Of a stretch of 64,000 bases of DNA, positions 53,583 to 64,000 are shown one piece after another. The DNA comes from Bacteroidota bacterium (GTDB lineage: Bacteria; Bacteroidota; Bacteroidia; Chitinophagales; Chitinophagaceae), in contig JAEYQO010000104.1 in NCBI GenBank assembly GCA_023409975.1, positions 1,157 to 65,156 of the forward strand, written 5' to 3'. The first letter of the stretch is position 1, and the number at the start of each line of letters is the position of its first letter. Made by a program: the position numbers and the translations under genes. Under the pieces are notes generated by a model, which made no database searches, had not been told where the DNA came from, and saw nothing but the letters and a program-made list of their open reading frames with translations.

Positions 53583-54989
53583 TTACAGATGTATGGCCTC
53601 GCCCAGGGCTACTTCAATCGCATCCTTCACACTCTCACTCATTGTTGGGTGTGGGTGAATGCTGTCAAGTACCTCTTGCCAGGTGGTCTCCAGTTTTCTT
53701 GCAGTCACGGTCTGAGCAATGATCTCAGTAACGTTCGCTCCAATCATATGGGTTCCCAGCCATTCGCCGTATTTAGCATCGAAGATCACTTTTACAAAGC
53801 CTTCCATCGCACCGGCGGCGCTCGCCTTACCGGAAGCGGAGAATGGGAACTTACCAACTTTAACCTCATAACCAGCCTCACGCGCTTGCTTTTCAGTCAA
53901 GCCAACAGAAGCAATTTCAGGCGCACAGTAAGTACAGCCGGGAACATTACCGTAATCCAGAGGCTCCGGCTGATGATGGTATTTTCCTTCCTTCTGTGCA
54001 AAGGCCTCAACGCAAATCACTGCTTCTTTTGAAGCCACGTGCGCCAGCGCCTGCCCTGGTGTAATATCACCAATGGCATAAACACCCTCTACGTTAGTCT
54101 TGTAATACTGGTCTACTACCACTTTGCCTTTCTCGGTTTTGATACCGAGGTTTTCCAGGCCGATGTTCTCAATGTTGGCAACAACACCCACAGCAGATAG
54201 AACTACATCAGCTTCCAAAGTCACCTCTCCGCTCTGTGTTTTAACAGTAGCCTTCACGCCCTTTCCGGAAGCCTCAACTTTCTCCACAGAAGCATTGGTC
54301 ATGATCTCCATGCCCTTCTTCTTGTAGATCTTCTCAAGTTCTTTTGAAATGTCCTCGTCTTCAACAGGCACTATGCGCGGCATAAACTCGACGATGGTAA
54401 CCTTAGTGCCCATGCTATGGTAGAAATAAGCGAATTCAACACCAATGGCTCCACTACCTACCACGATCATCGACTTGGGTTGTTGAGGCAGAGCCATTGC
54501 CTCACGGTAACCAATAACGTTCTTGCCATCAATTGGAAGATTCGGAAGCTGACGGGCGCGTCCACCAGTAGCCAGGATGATGTGTTTCGCCTGATGAACG
54601 GTGGTCTTTCCATCTCCTCCGGTCACTTCTACTTCCTTTTTATTATTCAGCTTTCCAAAGCCATTGATCACATCAATCTTATTCTTGCGCATCAGGAATT
54701 GAATTCCCTTGCTCATTTTGTCCGCCACACCACGACTGCGTTTCACAACAGCAGGGAAGTCAGCTTTTGCACCGCTAACCTCAATGCCATAATCCTTGGA
54801 ATGGTTCATGTATTCCATCACCTGCGCGCTTTTCAGCAAAGCTTTGGTAGGAATACACCCCCAGTTGAGGCAGATGCCGCCGAGACTCTCCCTTTCGACG
54901 ATTGCAGTTTTGAATCCTAATTGTGAAGCACGGATAGCAGCCACATATCCACCCGGGCCACTCCCGACGACTATTACATCATATGCCAT
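53583..54989 (-). CDS. lpdA: Dihydrolipoyl dehydrogenase
   Basis: YDVIVVGSGPGGYVAAIRA, GGICLNWGCIPTK (redox disulfide), VVGSGAIGVEFA, HPHPTMSE. Confidence 0.95.
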   Translation of the reverse strand: MAYDVIVVGSGPGGYVAAIRASQLGFKTAIVERESLGGICLNWGCIPTKALLKSAQVMEYMNHSKDYGIEVSGAKADFPAVVKRSRGVADKMSKGIQFLMRKNKIDVINGFGKLNNKKEVEVTGGDGKTTVHQAKHIILATGGRARQLPNLPIDGKNVIGYREAMALPQQPKSMIVVGSGAIGVEFAYFYHSMGTKVTIVEFMPRIVPVEDEDISKELEKIYKKKGMEIMTNASVEKVEASGKGVKATVKTQSGEVTLEADVVLSAVGVVANIENIGLENLGIKTEKGKVVVDQYYKTNVEGVYAIGDITPGQALAHVASKEAVICVEAFAQKEGKYHHQPEPLDYGNVPGCTYCAPEIASVGLTEKQAREAGYEVKVGKFPFSASGKASAAGAMEGFVKVIFDAKYGEWLGTHMIGANVTEIIAQTVTARKLETTWQEVLDSIHPHPTMSESVKDAIEVALGEAIHL

Positions 54990-55100
54990 TTGACGGAACT
55001 TATTTTTGAGTTAAATGTGAAAAAAGAGCGGAGCAAATGTAGCCATTTTTTTGACTTTACCCTCTGAAGTCAGGGTGGAGGAGTACCCAAAGCAGACAAT

Positions 55101-55127
55101 AAAAAAAGCCGGTCTTGTGACCGGCTT
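55101..55127 (-). terminator. Rho-independent terminator after tRNA-Met
   Basis: Minus strand: AAGCCGGTC-acaa-GACCGGCTT followed by ttttttt. Confidence 0.75.
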
Positions 55128-55134
55128 CTCTTCG

Positions 55135-55206
<72 letters not shown>

Positions 55207-55328
55207 ATGTGGATGCAAAGATAAGGCGCACGTTTTGATCTGCCAAAACAATTCAAAAGGTTTTTAGCTTTTCTTAGCATACTGCTCAAATTAATGTAGT
55301 CATATACATAGCTTAATTTTATCGCCGC

Positions 55329-56213
55329 ATGGAACAACAACACAAGGCTGGATATGTCAACATCTTCGGCGCACCAAATGCAGGAAAGAGCACGCTGCTC
55401 AATGCCCTGCTCGGAGAACGACTGGTTATCACCTCCCCAAAAGTCCAGACTACCCGCCACCGCATTCTGGGATTTCTGACCGAACCAGGTTTTCAGATCA
55501 TTTTTTCAGACACGCCAGGCATCATCGAGCCTAAATATAAACTGCACGAAAAAATGATGCGTCATGTGAAGAGTGCCCTCGAAGATGCAGACGTCGCAAT
55601 GCTGGTTCACGACATTACGCAGCCCATTGAAGAAATAGAGGCCATTAGCGACCGTCTGAAGCTAAAAGTTCCTACCATCCTGCTGCTGAATAAAATCGAT
55701 CTCATAAAGGACAAAAAGAAGCTTGAGAAATTGCAACAGTCATACAGCGAGAAGTTCAGCAACTGGAAAGTTCTGGGTGTATCAGCATTGCAAAAGGATT
55801 CTCTTACCGGACTGTTGCCCATGATCCTGGATTTACTGCCTGAAGGTCCTGCCTTTTACCCGGACGACCATGTGTCTGATCGACCAACTCGCTTTTTCGT
55901 GAGTGAACTGATAAGAGAGCAAATCTTCAAATTGTACCATGAGGAAATTCCCTATCATACTGCCGTCATCATTCAATCTTTCGAGGAAAAGCCGCATATC
56001 AATGTGATCAAGGCCGAGATCATCGTAAGCCGTGAAACTCAAAAGATCATCATTCTGGGCAAAGGTGGTAGCCTTATCAAACAACTCGGAATTAATTCCA
56101 GAAAGTCAATTGAAGATTTTCTCCAAACAAAAGTTCATCTGGAAATCTTTGTCAAGGTCAGACCAAAGTGGCGCGACAATGATACCTACCTGAGGGAATA
56201 TGGTTACAATTGA
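55329..56213 (+). CDS. era: GTPase Era
   Basis: GYVNIFGAPNAGKSTLLNAL (G1), DTPG (G3), NKID (G4), C-terminal KH domain with ..IILGKGGSLIKQLG. Confidence 0.95.
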   Translation: MEQQHKAGYVNIFGAPNAGKSTLLNALLGERLVITSPKVQTTRHRILGFLTEPGFQIIFSDTPGIIEPKYKLHEKMMRHVKSALEDADVAMLVHDITQPIEEIEAISDRLKLKVPTILLLNKIDLIKDKKKLEKLQQSYSEKFSNWKVLGVSALQKDSLTGLLPMILDLLPEGPAFYPDDHVSDRPTRFFVSELIREQIFKLYHEEIPYHTAVIIQSFEEKPHINVIKAEIIVSRETQKIIILGKGGSLIKQLGINSRKSIEDFLQTKVHLEIFVKVRPKWRDNDTYLREYGYN

Positions 56214-57105
56214 TACAGAGAAAATTAGGATCGACGCTACTGCTGGCCAGACACGTGCTTTCGGCAACGCAGCCATTGATGTTCTGAGACTCGATCTGCT
56301 GCATCCCATCGTATCAGGGAACAAGTGGTTCAAACTTTTCTATAATATTGAGGAAGCCAAAGCCGAAGGTAGGGATACGCTCATCACATTCGGCGGCGCC
56401 TGGTCAAACCACCTGGTAGCAACGGCTGCAGCAGCCAAAGCAGCAGGCTTCAAATCCCTCGGCCTCGTGCGTGGTCTTCACGGCGCTGTCACTTCCACAC
56501 CCATTCTGCAACTCTGTAGATCTTACGGAATGCAACTGGAATTTCTGACCCGTAGCCAATACAAAAGCAAGGCGGAAAAGGAATTGATCGGTTATTTTCA
56601 ATCACACCATCCTACAGCCTGGATTATTCCTGAAGGGGGTGCCAACGAGGCCGGAAGAACAGGTGCTGCTCATATTACTGAGTTTATTCCACCCTCCTAT
56701 ACGCATGTATGCATCTCCGTTGGAACAGGCTCCAGCTTTATCGGACTCCGAAATGCATTGCCTGCATCAACTCGGCTCCTCGGATTTGCCCCAATGAAGT
56801 CAGGCAGTTATCTGAATAATTCGGTTGCTAACATGCTGCTGCCTGAAAAGAACTGCAATTTTGAGCTTTTGGATCGATGGCACTTCGGTGGATTCGGTAA
56901 ATGGAAGCCTGAATTAATTTCTTTTATGAATCAGTTTTACGAAGAAACATCAATGCCGCTGGATGTGGTGTATACCGGCAAGATGATGTACGGTGTCAGT
57001 GATCTTCTGAAGGAGGGATATTTCAGTTCCCGGGACAGGGTTCTCTGCATTCACACAGGTGGTTTGCCAGGTAATGCCTCCGTTTCGAATTTGCTCAGAT
57101 TCTAA
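56200..57105 (+). CDS. PLP-dependent enzyme, ACC deaminase / D-cysteine desulfhydrase family
   Basis: LHPIVSGNKWFKL (PLP-Lys motif GNK..KL), TFGGAWSNHLVATAAAA, PEGGAN, IHTGG. Overlaps the era end by 14 nt. Confidence 0.75.
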   Translation: MVTIDTEKIRIDATAGQTRAFGNAAIDVLRLDLLHPIVSGNKWFKLFYNIEEAKAEGRDTLITFGGAWSNHLVATAAAAKAAGFKSLGLVRGLHGAVTSTPILQLCRSYGMQLEFLTRSQYKSKAEKELIGYFQSHHPTAWIIPEGGANEAGRTGAAHITEFIPPSYTHVCISVGTGSSFIGLRNALPASTRLLGFAPMKSGSYLNNSVANMLLPEKNCNFELLDRWHFGGFGKWKPELISFMNQFYEETSMPLDVVYTGKMMYGVSDLLKEGYFSSRDRVLCIHTGGLPGNASVSNLLRF

Positions 57106-57164
57106 AGGCTGCAATAAAAGGATTATCTGGAAGTTATACCACAGAGTTTCTATTTTTACCCGCC

Positions 57165-58556
57165 ATGGCTGAAATGACAACTTCCAAACAAGGGAATAGA
57201 CTAACGCTTTATATAATTATCGCACTGGTTGCGGGAATCGCGCTGGGCTTCATTCTCAATGGTTCTTATGTAAAGGAGGAGAATACGCAACTTCTGGTAA
57301 TGGAGGACAGCCTTTCGGCGATGAAGGCGCAACTCGCACAAATTCCAGATTCCACAGGTCCCGCTTTTCAGGAATTGGCTTCGACCCGTGCAGAACTGGC
57401 TGAACGTCGCAATGAAGTGATGAAAGCCCGGGATGGTAAACTAGATCCCTTCAGCGTGCTGGCAGATATTTTTCTTCGTCTCATTAAAATGATCGTTGCA
57501 CCACTGGTGTTCTCTACGCTGGTGGTCGGGGTCGCCAAACTAGGGGATATCAAATCTGTCGGCAGAATTGGCGGAAAAACGCTCGTCTGGTTCTTCGGGG
57601 CTTCTTTCATGAGTCTGATGCTGGGGATGATGCTGGTCAATTTCTTCCAGCCAGGTATCGCGATGAACCTCCCGCTCCCTGAGGCTGCAGATACCGGCAT
57701 TCAAAAGGCAGCGCTTTCACTCAAGGATTTCCTTTACCATGTATTTCCTTCCAGCGTGTTCGAATCCATGGCAAAGAACGAGATCCTGCAGATCGTCGTG
57801 TTCTCGCTTTTCTTTGGAGTCGCAACGGCGGCCATAGGAGAGAAGGGAGAGATCGTAATCAGAGCTTTTGATGCCATCGCTCACGTCATTCTAAAGGTAA
57901 CAGGGTATGTAATGAACCTGGCTCCCATAGCGGTTTTCGGGGCCATGACAGCCATCATTGCCAAACAGGGGGTAGGGATTCTGAAGACTTATAGCATTTT
58001 CATCGGTGAGTTTTATCTCGGACTGCTCATCCTTTGGCTGTTGTTATTACTAGCCGGTAGCTTCTTTATTCGCAATCGGATATTTACACTAATAAAAAGG
58101 ATCAGAGAGCCGGTCCTGCTAGCGTTCAGCACCAGCAGCAGTGAGGCAGCCTTCCCTAAAACGATGATGGAGCTGGAGCGTTTTGGCTGCAAAGACAAGA
58201 TCGTGAGTTTCGTACTGCCTTTAGGGTATTCCTTCAATCTGGATGGCTCTATGATGTACATGACGTTCGCTTCTCTGTTCATTGCACAGTCCTATGGTAT
58301 CAACCTCGACTTCGGAACACAGATGAGTATGTTACTGGTCCTGATGTTAACTAGTAAAGGTATCGCTGGGGTACCAAGAGCGTCTTTAGTAGTAATCGCA
58401 GGTACCCTCGCTACGTTTGACATTCCCGAAGCTGGTCTGGCACTCCTTCTGGGTATAGATCCACTCCTGGATATGGGACGAAGTGCTACTAATGTGGTTG
58501 GTAATAGCGTCGCTACCGCAGTTGTCAGCAAATGGGAAAAATCCCTCGACGATTAA
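57165..58556 (+). CDS. Dicarboxylate/amino acid:cation symporter (DAACS family, DctA/GltP-like)
   Basis: FLRLIKMIVAPLVFSTLVVG, FSTSSSEAAFP, NLDGSMMY, GIAGVPRASLVVIAG, DMGRSATNVVGN. Confidence 0.9.
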   Translation: MAEMTTSKQGNRLTLYIIIALVAGIALGFILNGSYVKEENTQLLVMEDSLSAMKAQLAQIPDSTGPAFQELASTRAELAERRNEVMKARDGKLDPFSVLADIFLRLIKMIVAPLVFSTLVVGVAKLGDIKSVGRIGGKTLVWFFGASFMSLMLGMMLVNFFQPGIAMNLPLPEAADTGIQKAALSLKDFLYHVFPSSVFESMAKNEILQIVVFSLFFGVATAAIGEKGEIVIRAFDAIAHVILKVTGYVMNLAPIAVFGAMTAIIAKQGVGILKTYSIFIGEFYLGLLILWLLLLLAGSFFIRNRIFTLIKRIREPVLLAFSTSSSEAAFPKTMMELERFGCKDKIVSFVLPLGYSFNLDGSMMYMTFASLFIAQSYGINLDFGTQMSMLLVLMLTSKGIAGVPRASLVVIAGTLATFDIPEAGLALLLGIDPLLDMGRSATNVVGNSVATAVVSKWEKSLDD

Positions 58557-58638
58557 CCGGCGCTTCCATATTACTGATCAATACTTTAGCAAACCCACTG
58601 CTTAATTTTTCCTATTTTCACGGCTCTTTTAGATTTTT

Positions 58639-59331
58639 ATGCAAGAATTTATTGAGTTTCTGAAGAACCTCATGGATGCCGACTGGATTATGGCGCATGG
58701 AGGATTGTACCTGGTTGCCCTGATCGTTTTTGCCGAAACCGGGCTGTTTGTTGGTTTCTTCCTCCCGGGAGACTCACTCTTGTTCGTTAGTGGACTGATT
58801 GTCGCCAATACCACAATTGCATCTCCAATTATGGCAGGACCTGTCGACCTGATGTTCTGGATCTTGATCATCGCCATCTGCGGCATCATAGGAAATTTTG
58901 TGGGCTATTGGTTTGGAAAGAAGTCAGGACCGTTGTTGTTCCAGCGAAAGGATACCTGGTTGTTCAAACGTAAGCACCTGATTCAGGCACGCGAATTCTA
59001 TGATAAGAAGGGTGGTGTAGCAATTATCCTCGCTCGTTTCCTTCCTATCGTCCGCACCTTTGCACCCATCGTAGCCGGTGTCGTACAGATGGACTTTAAA
59101 AAGTTTTCTTTCTACAATATAGTAGGCTCCTTTGCCTGGGTAGTCAGTATGATGACCGCAGGTTATCTTCTCGGTGATATTCCCTGGGTGAAAGACAATC
59201 TCGACAAGATCGTTATCGGTATCATCGTCATCACCACGGGTCCGGTACTGTTCAAAATGTTCTTCGGCAAGAAGAAAGATCCTACCCTCGAAGTCGGTAA
59301 AGACATCGTTGAAGAAAGTCTTAAAGACTAA
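58639..59331 (+). CDS. DedA-family (VTT domain) membrane protein
   Basis: FAETGLFVGFFLPGDSLLFVSG, GNFVGYWFGKK, ILARFLPIVRTFAPIVAGV. Confidence 0.9.
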   Translation: MQEFIEFLKNLMDADWIMAHGGLYLVALIVFAETGLFVGFFLPGDSLLFVSGLIVANTTIASPIMAGPVDLMFWILIIAICGIIGNFVGYWFGKKSGPLLFQRKDTWLFKRKHLIQAREFYDKKGGVAIILARFLPIVRTFAPIVAGVVQMDFKKFSFYNIVGSFAWVVSMMTAGYLLGDIPWVKDNLDKIVIGIIVITTGPVLFKMFFGKKKDPTLEVGKDIVEESLKD

Positions 59332-59350
59332 TAGCTGTCTATCATAAAAT

Positions 59351-59384
59351 AAAAGGGGCTGTTCATTTTGGACAGCCCCTTTTA
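59351..59384. terminator. Bidirectional intrinsic terminator between convergent dedA and the GT39 gene
   Basis: aaaa-GGGGCTGT-(9 nt)-ACAGCCCC-tttta. Confidence 0.75.
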
Positions 59385-59484
59385 TTTGGGTTTTACATTT
59401 GCGAACGTAACTGTTAATGTCATTTTCCGCAGTGACCACACTGCCACTGTGTTTACTACTTCGAAGCCCACTAACGACTAGCGA

Positions 59485-61428
59485 CTAACGACTATTAAGC
59501 TCCTGCTCCCGCATCATAATCGCATTCGACTGCATCACAGCCTGCTGCGCCTGTTGCATATCACCCCTGGCCTGGTGAATCTGCGCCAGCATCTGGTAAA
59601 AGTCTGCTCTGGATGGATCTAATTGCGCAGCCATACTTACCGCCGCAGCTGCCGCATCCAATTGTCCTGTAGAGGCCAGTGCGATGCCGTAATTCGCCTG
59701 GGCGTTCTCATCCTTGGGGTGGTGCTTCAGGTATTCTGCATATAACCGCACAGCCGTCTCAAAGTCATTTGCCTGCAGAGCTTTATTAGCCTCAATACCT
59801 GCAGTGCTCTGCCTTTTAATAATGGCGGACAAAGGAACACCATCAATTTCTATCGTATGCACCACATTGTCCGCCGGCCAATTTCCGTTCTGAAGTTGTT
59901 CCGCAGAGATATATCGCGAATAGGTAATATAATAATCCCATTCTTTCGTATGACGGTCATTATAGCGCACATAGTAGGCGCCAATCCAGGCTGTATCGTT
60001 CCGGAAATATTTGTCGAAACCCAACATATTAGAGGCTACAATGATCTTCCTTCCCTCCAAGGGTTTTTCATGCTCCAGGAGCCAGTCTGCTGCCTGCAGC
60101 CCGGTATTTTGATAATAATCGGTATCGTAATATCCGTGTGCACCTTGAATGCCACCAATAAACTCATTGAAGTAAACATATTGGTTAGGATGGCTCCTCA
60201 CCGTCCACGCGATGGCGGGGGTCAGCCCCAACAGGGTAATACCCAGGGGCAACCATTTGTATTTCACTTCGTGAACCCATCCGGCAATGATCGAAATACC
60301 GATGGCAGCCATGCAAACCCAGAATGGATAAATGAAGAACAGATGCCTCCAGGTATCATGCACGCTCGACTTCTTATAAATCATATACAGTGGCGTGAAA
60401 AAGGCTCCGAACACGAGTATCAAAAACAAAAAGGTTCCGTAGGTTTTACGCACCTTGCTGAAAAGGAGCAGGAATGCAATCACGCCGAGGATGACTATGA
60501 CCGGATTCGACATCAGAATCCATTTAAACTCGTAGTACCATGGCTGGTTATTGTTTGGACGAAACACACCCTCGAAGAATACCCTCAGCGTAATCTCGAC
60601 ATTGGTCATTGCCTTTAACGATTGAAGGGGCCGGGTCAGGGGATCCTGTAATCCCCAGGGCCAGGAAATCAATCCCAGTAAATAACCCGCCAGTAGTGCA
60701 GGAACCAGGAATAACAACGTACGCTTGAGGTTTTTCCCATTCTCGGCTTTCAGTCGCTCCCGGAATGCTGGTTGCAACCAATAAAACAATCCCGTCATTA
60801 CAACCAGGTTGGCAAGCAATAAGACTCCTCCCGCAGGCCGTACTCCAAAAGCAATCAGAAAGCCTATACCAACTCCCGTCGCGTTTCTTAATAATCGTCG
60901 GGGTAGTTCCTGCAGGCAGGCCAGCATATAGTACATGGCAATGATAAACCCGGTCGCAAATGGGATGTCCTTCGGATTGTTCATGCTTTCCCCGAAAATC
61001 CTTGGTGAAAAGGCTATAAGCAACAGCGCGATTAGCCCTATTTGCCAGCGTTTACCACTTATCCGCCAGGCAAACAAACCAGTGAAGATCATTAATACGG
61101 CTCCAAACAGTGCATTGAAGAAATGTCGGAGATACAAATGAGGGATCGATGGAAACGCCCGGTGCAAAATCTCAGTGTAGAAATCAAAGAATCCTCCATA
61201 GAACTCTATGCCCTGGTACTGCAAAGTACGATTACTGTAGTCCAGCGCCTGCTGGTCACCCTCAAAATGGTATTGATAGATGTGTTCTCCGTATTCGATT
61301 TGAAGCCATTCATCTCCGCTCTGCCCGTAATCATGACTGATCAGCGGCATAATAATGAGCAATAGGGCACTAAGGATGAGGAAACCCGTTTTCCAGTATC
61401 TGGATTCAGTTGTTATCGTTTCTTGCAT
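59485..61428 (-). CDS. GT39/ArnT-like (GT-C fold) glycosyltransferase with C-terminal TPR repeats
   Basis: About 11 N-terminal TM helices with an early DE..Q..YG loop (GQSGDEWLQIEYGEH); the C-terminal about 120 aa are TPR-like (ALQANDFETAVRLYAEYLKHHPKDENAQANYGIALASTGQLDAA..). Confidence 0.7.
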   Translation of the reverse strand: MQETITTESRYWKTGFLILSALLLIIMPLISHDYGQSGDEWLQIEYGEHIYQYHFEGDQQALDYSNRTLQYQGIEFYGGFFDFYTEILHRAFPSIPHLYLRHFFNALFGAVLMIFTGLFAWRISGKRWQIGLIALLLIAFSPRIFGESMNNPKDIPFATGFIIAMYYMLACLQELPRRLLRNATGVGIGFLIAFGVRPAGGVLLLANLVVMTGLFYWLQPAFRERLKAENGKNLKRTLLFLVPALLAGYLLGLISWPWGLQDPLTRPLQSLKAMTNVEITLRVFFEGVFRPNNNQPWYYEFKWILMSNPVIVILGVIAFLLLFSKVRKTYGTFLFLILVFGAFFTPLYMIYKKSSVHDTWRHLFFIYPFWVCMAAIGISIIAGWVHEVKYKWLPLGITLLGLTPAIAWTVRSHPNQYVYFNEFIGGIQGAHGYYDTDYYQNTGLQAADWLLEHEKPLEGRKIIVASNMLGFDKYFRNDTAWIGAYYVRYNDRHTKEWDYYITYSRYISAEQLQNGNWPADNVVHTIEIDGVPLSAIIKRQSTAGIEANKALQANDFETAVRLYAEYLKHHPKDENAQANYGIALASTGQLDAAAAAVSMAAQLDPSRADFYQMLAQIHQARGDMQQAQQAVMQSNAIMMREQELNSR

Positions 61429-61548
61429 GTGTATTGTCTGGTCTGGACGGCCGTAAAATTAGCAGAATCAGCATAGCTTCAAAACAGGAAGTCCGGTTGT
61501 TTGCGTCGAAGCATCTATATTTGTTAGCTTCAATAGCTGTTATCCCCC

Positions 61549-62166
61549 ATGTTTATAGCGAATCTGCCTATCTATAAAAAACTCACTCGTCAACGGTCTC
61601 TGAATTTTGCCCGATACCTGGCAAAACTGATACCTGACAATACCCGGGTGCTGGACTTCGGTTGCGGTAATATGTTTACTTCTAAAGAAATGCTGAACAT
61701 AAAGCCCACGCTCCACATCACAGGCATAGATGTCATCAGAGACCAGAATCTAAACGAGGCTTTCTTTACAGACAAACGACTGGATTTCAAATTGCTTAAG
61801 TCGAAAGAAATTCCTTTTCCCGATAACAGCTTCGATGTTTCATTCGCCCTGGCAGTACTCCACCACACGGAAGATCCTGAGTTCTACCTGTCTGAGCTAA
61901 AACGTGTCACAAAACCAACTGGTTCCATCATCCTCATAGAAGAGATGTATATCAATTGGCTTGACAAAATCTATATCTCTTCTCAGGATTGGCTGCTGAA
62001 CAAACTGAAAACCGGAGTGCCTGTTCCGCTGAATTTCCGCTCACACAAACATTATCTTGACGAATTCAGGAAACAGGGCCTGGAGATTGAATTTGAAGAT
62101 GGCATCCGAGCTTTCCTGACCAGAATGCATGTGTATGTCTACAAGCTGAAAAAGAAGGCTAGCTAA
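61549..62166 (+). CDS. Class I SAM-dependent methyltransferase
   Basis: VLDFGCGNMFTS (motif I), FDVSFALAVLHH, GSIILIE. Confidence 0.8.
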   Translation: MFIANLPIYKKLTRQRSLNFARYLAKLIPDNTRVLDFGCGNMFTSKEMLNIKPTLHITGIDVIRDQNLNEAFFTDKRLDFKLLKSKEIPFPDNSFDVSFALAVLHHTEDPEFYLSELKRVTKPTGSIILIEEMYINWLDKIYISSQDWLLNKLKTGVPVPLNFRSHKHYLDEFRKQGLEIEFEDGIRAFLTRMHVYVYKLKKKAS

Positions 62167-62621
62167 GATTGTAGGCGCTCCACAAGGGATGTATATCCTG
62201 CACGCATTACTGCACGATGATTATACTTAAAAACGGGGCGTAAAAGACCACTGAGCCTACGCATCCACTGACGCTTCGGGTTAACATTCCAGATGCACCT
62301 GACTCTGGTCCGGCCCTCGAGATTTTCAAAATGCCAGCTACCTTCCCCGCTAAGGTCGCCTGAAACCACCCCATGCAACAGCCTGTGCTCGATTCGGTCT
62401 GTAAGCTGTAAACGAAACCTAAGCCTGTATCGGAACGGACAGGAAAACTCGTAGTACCTGATATTGCCAATGCCGGATTCGTTACCTGGCAACTCTTCAT
62501 CTACTTTCAAAACGTAAGGCCACCACTCCGGCCATTGCTCCGATGCAAGTATCAGCCTCCAGACCTCAGAAAGTTCGTGCTCTATCAACCAGTCCGTCTC
62601 AAACTGATAGTCATACCTCAT
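62163..62621 (-). CDS. SRPBCC (START/polyketide-cyclase-like) family protein
   Basis: About 150 aa with W..I.....WP.WWP, then ..F.....G.....W. This is a pattern-level match only. Confidence 0.5.
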   Translation of the reverse strand: MRYDYQFETDWLIEHELSEVWRLILASEQWPEWWPYVLKVDEELPGNESGIGNIRYYEFSCPFRYRLRFRLQLTDRIEHRLLHGVVSGDLSGEGSWHFENLEGRTRVRCIWNVNPKRQWMRRLSGLLRPVFKYNHRAVMRAGYTSLVERLQS

Positions 62622-62651
62622 ATTCCTGTTCCTGCTCCTAAGTATATAATT

Positions 62652-64000
62652 CTAATGCCGGACCACCAGCCGAGCTGTCTGAACAGCGCTGTTGGTATGC
62701 AAACGAACCATATAGACTCCTGATGCAAATTCAGAAACCGGAATCAAAACCTCTGATAGGCCACCTTGCCGGACGGTCACACTATAAACAAGCTGTCCGG
62801 CCATATTGATCAGATCAAGCATTCCAGACTCATGAGCAGTAAGCTGTACCTGAACCTTGAGGTGCTGGTCAACGGGATTGGAGGAAAGAAATAATCCGGT
62901 TCCCGTATTCGTCGTATGGGCAACGCCAAGGGTATTCGAATATCTGAAGCCCAAAGTCCCCGTTTTCTGTCTGCAGGTGTTCATTCCACTTATGGGGGTT
63001 ACACTGATCAGGTAATTGGGTAGTTCCGATAATGTGAAATCAAGCTCTATAACCGTATCTGTCGTAAATAGCTCCTGTTTTGGAATGCCAGGAGGGTCGA
63101 AAGTGACGCGTACATGATAGTATTCGGCTTCATCAATTTTGTTCCATCTGATCTTTTTGTCATTTAGGTATACCAGATTACCGGGCAGAATAATGTTGGG
63201 CTCAGAAAGAGCGGTCCAGGTAGGGTGCGACTGATGTAAGTCAAAACGCAAATCGTAATTGTATTGCATGCTCCCCATCTGCAGATTGCTGAACCTGCTC
63301 ATACAGGCATCCGTTGAATAGGACATATATAGCGAACTATCTGGATGATACCTGTCTCCGTTCGCATCAAACATGACTCCGGTATAGGGGCAATTCCAAC
63401 GGTTGCTGATGTAGTCGGCATCGGTATCACAAAACCCATCACCTGCAAAACCACAGTTAGCCCCGAGCCCTCTGGTCACTAATTCGGGATTTCCCGGAGT
63501 ACCGTTTTCCCATCCACTGAAGGTATGTGGCAGTCCGAAGAAATGCCCCAGTTCATGTGTGAGCGTAGTGCTGTTGACACCACCACAACTGTTTTTGATC
63601 GCCACAGCATCCGGGCCGTAAGCATAGTATCCGCAGGCACCTGAAGGGTCTGCAACAAAATAAACGTTTATGGTATTGCTCACGTTATTCTGGTTCATCA
63701 TCTGATATCCTGTCCAGTAATTATGCTCGTAGAAAGTAGTGTTGTTGATATAATTAACCTGTCCCTTGATATAGAAATAGAAGCCAACTGGTGCAAAATG
63801 CTGGTTGAGATTACAAATCACTTTAAACAAATTATCGAGACTATAATATCCACCTCCGGAATTTGTACCTACAATATGGATGGACAAGGGAATCGTATCA
63901 CCGCTGGTGCTCGATTTCATTCTGGAGCCATGCTCTAAAAAGGCCGCAATCTTTGCCCGCTCTTCCTCAATAGTTAAGGTGCCACATCCTAAGTCTGAAA
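62652..64000 (-). CDS. M43 (pappalysin/cytophagalysin-like) zinc metalloprotease with T9SS type-A C-terminal domain; N-terminus off the right edge
   Basis: HELGHFFGLPHTF zincin motif; C-terminal SSNPVDQHLKVQV...SGVYMVRLHTNSAVQTARLVVRH. The frame stays open upstream of the listed Met (..SDLGCGTLTIEEERAKIAAFLEHGSRMKSS..) to position 64000. Confidence 0.8.
   Translation of the reverse strand, partial: SDLGCGTLTIEEERAKIAAFLEHGSRMKSSTSGDTIPLSIHIVGTNSGGGYYSLDNLFKVICNLNQHFAPVGFYFYIKGQVNYINNTTFYEHNYWTGYQMMNQNNVSNTINVYFVADPSGACGYYAYGPDAVAIKNSCGGVNSTTLTHELGHFFGLPHTFSGWENGTPGNPELVTRGLGANCGFAGDGFCDTDADYISNRWNCPYTGVMFDANGDRYHPDSSLYMSYSTDACMSRFSNLQMGSMQYNYDLRFDLHQSHPTWTALSEPNIILPGNLVYLNDKKIRWNKIDEAEYYHVRVTFDPPGIPKQELFTTDTVIELDFTLSELPNYLISVTPISGMNTCRQKTGTLGFRYSNTLGVAHTTNTGTGLFLSSNPVDQHLKVQVQLTAHESGMLDLINMAGQLVYSVTVRQGGLSEVLIPVSEFASGVYMVRLHTNSAVQTARLVVRH

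Noticed and set aside
59857-60618. 253-aa plus-strand ORF.
   Set aside because: It is antisense to the GT39-like membrane glycosyltransferase, and long antisense ORFs are common opposite membrane-protein genes.

Overview
This looks like a Bacteroidota chromosomal segment. Evidence: four type-A and one type-B T9SS C-terminal sorting domains, a b558-type sdhCAB operon, a fused E1 alpha/beta 2-oxoacid dehydrogenase, and a TAnnTTTG-type -7 box. I can support about 56 CDS, 2 tRNAs (Leu-CAG and an initiator-type Met-CAT), several intrinsic terminators, one apparently intact IS4-family element, and three degraded IS fragments at the left edge. Most of the right half (34-64 kb) is ordinary housekeeping: CinA, AroK, MscS, E1, thiolase, Xth, LpdA, Era, DctA-type symporter, DedA, GT39. 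The most unusual content is a light-sensing signalling locus. A heme oxygenase gene overlaps a bacteriophytochrome that has only the PAS-GAF-PHY photosensory core and no output domain. Eighteen nt downstream sits a 1653-aa CheB-CheR-coiled-coil-PAS-histidine kinase. About 6 kb away and convergent is an 1821-aa kinase with two complete transmitter modules and an internal receiver, flanked by two paralogous single-domain receivers. Its C-terminal module is a clear paralog of the first kinase's. The second notable feature is a non-coding family of modular short tandem repeats at 3.4-4.2 kb and 29.7 kb. It includes 66-bp arrays of six 11-bp units in inverted orientation, plus hexamer and heptamer microsatellites, next to the IS element and upstream of a T9SS cargo gene and the sdh operon. 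Smaller oddities are a lipoprotein gene inside sdhCAB, a divergent lipid kinase / App1-type phosphatidate phosphatase pair, and a few orphan hairpins. All family calls come from reading motifs by eye; no database search was run.
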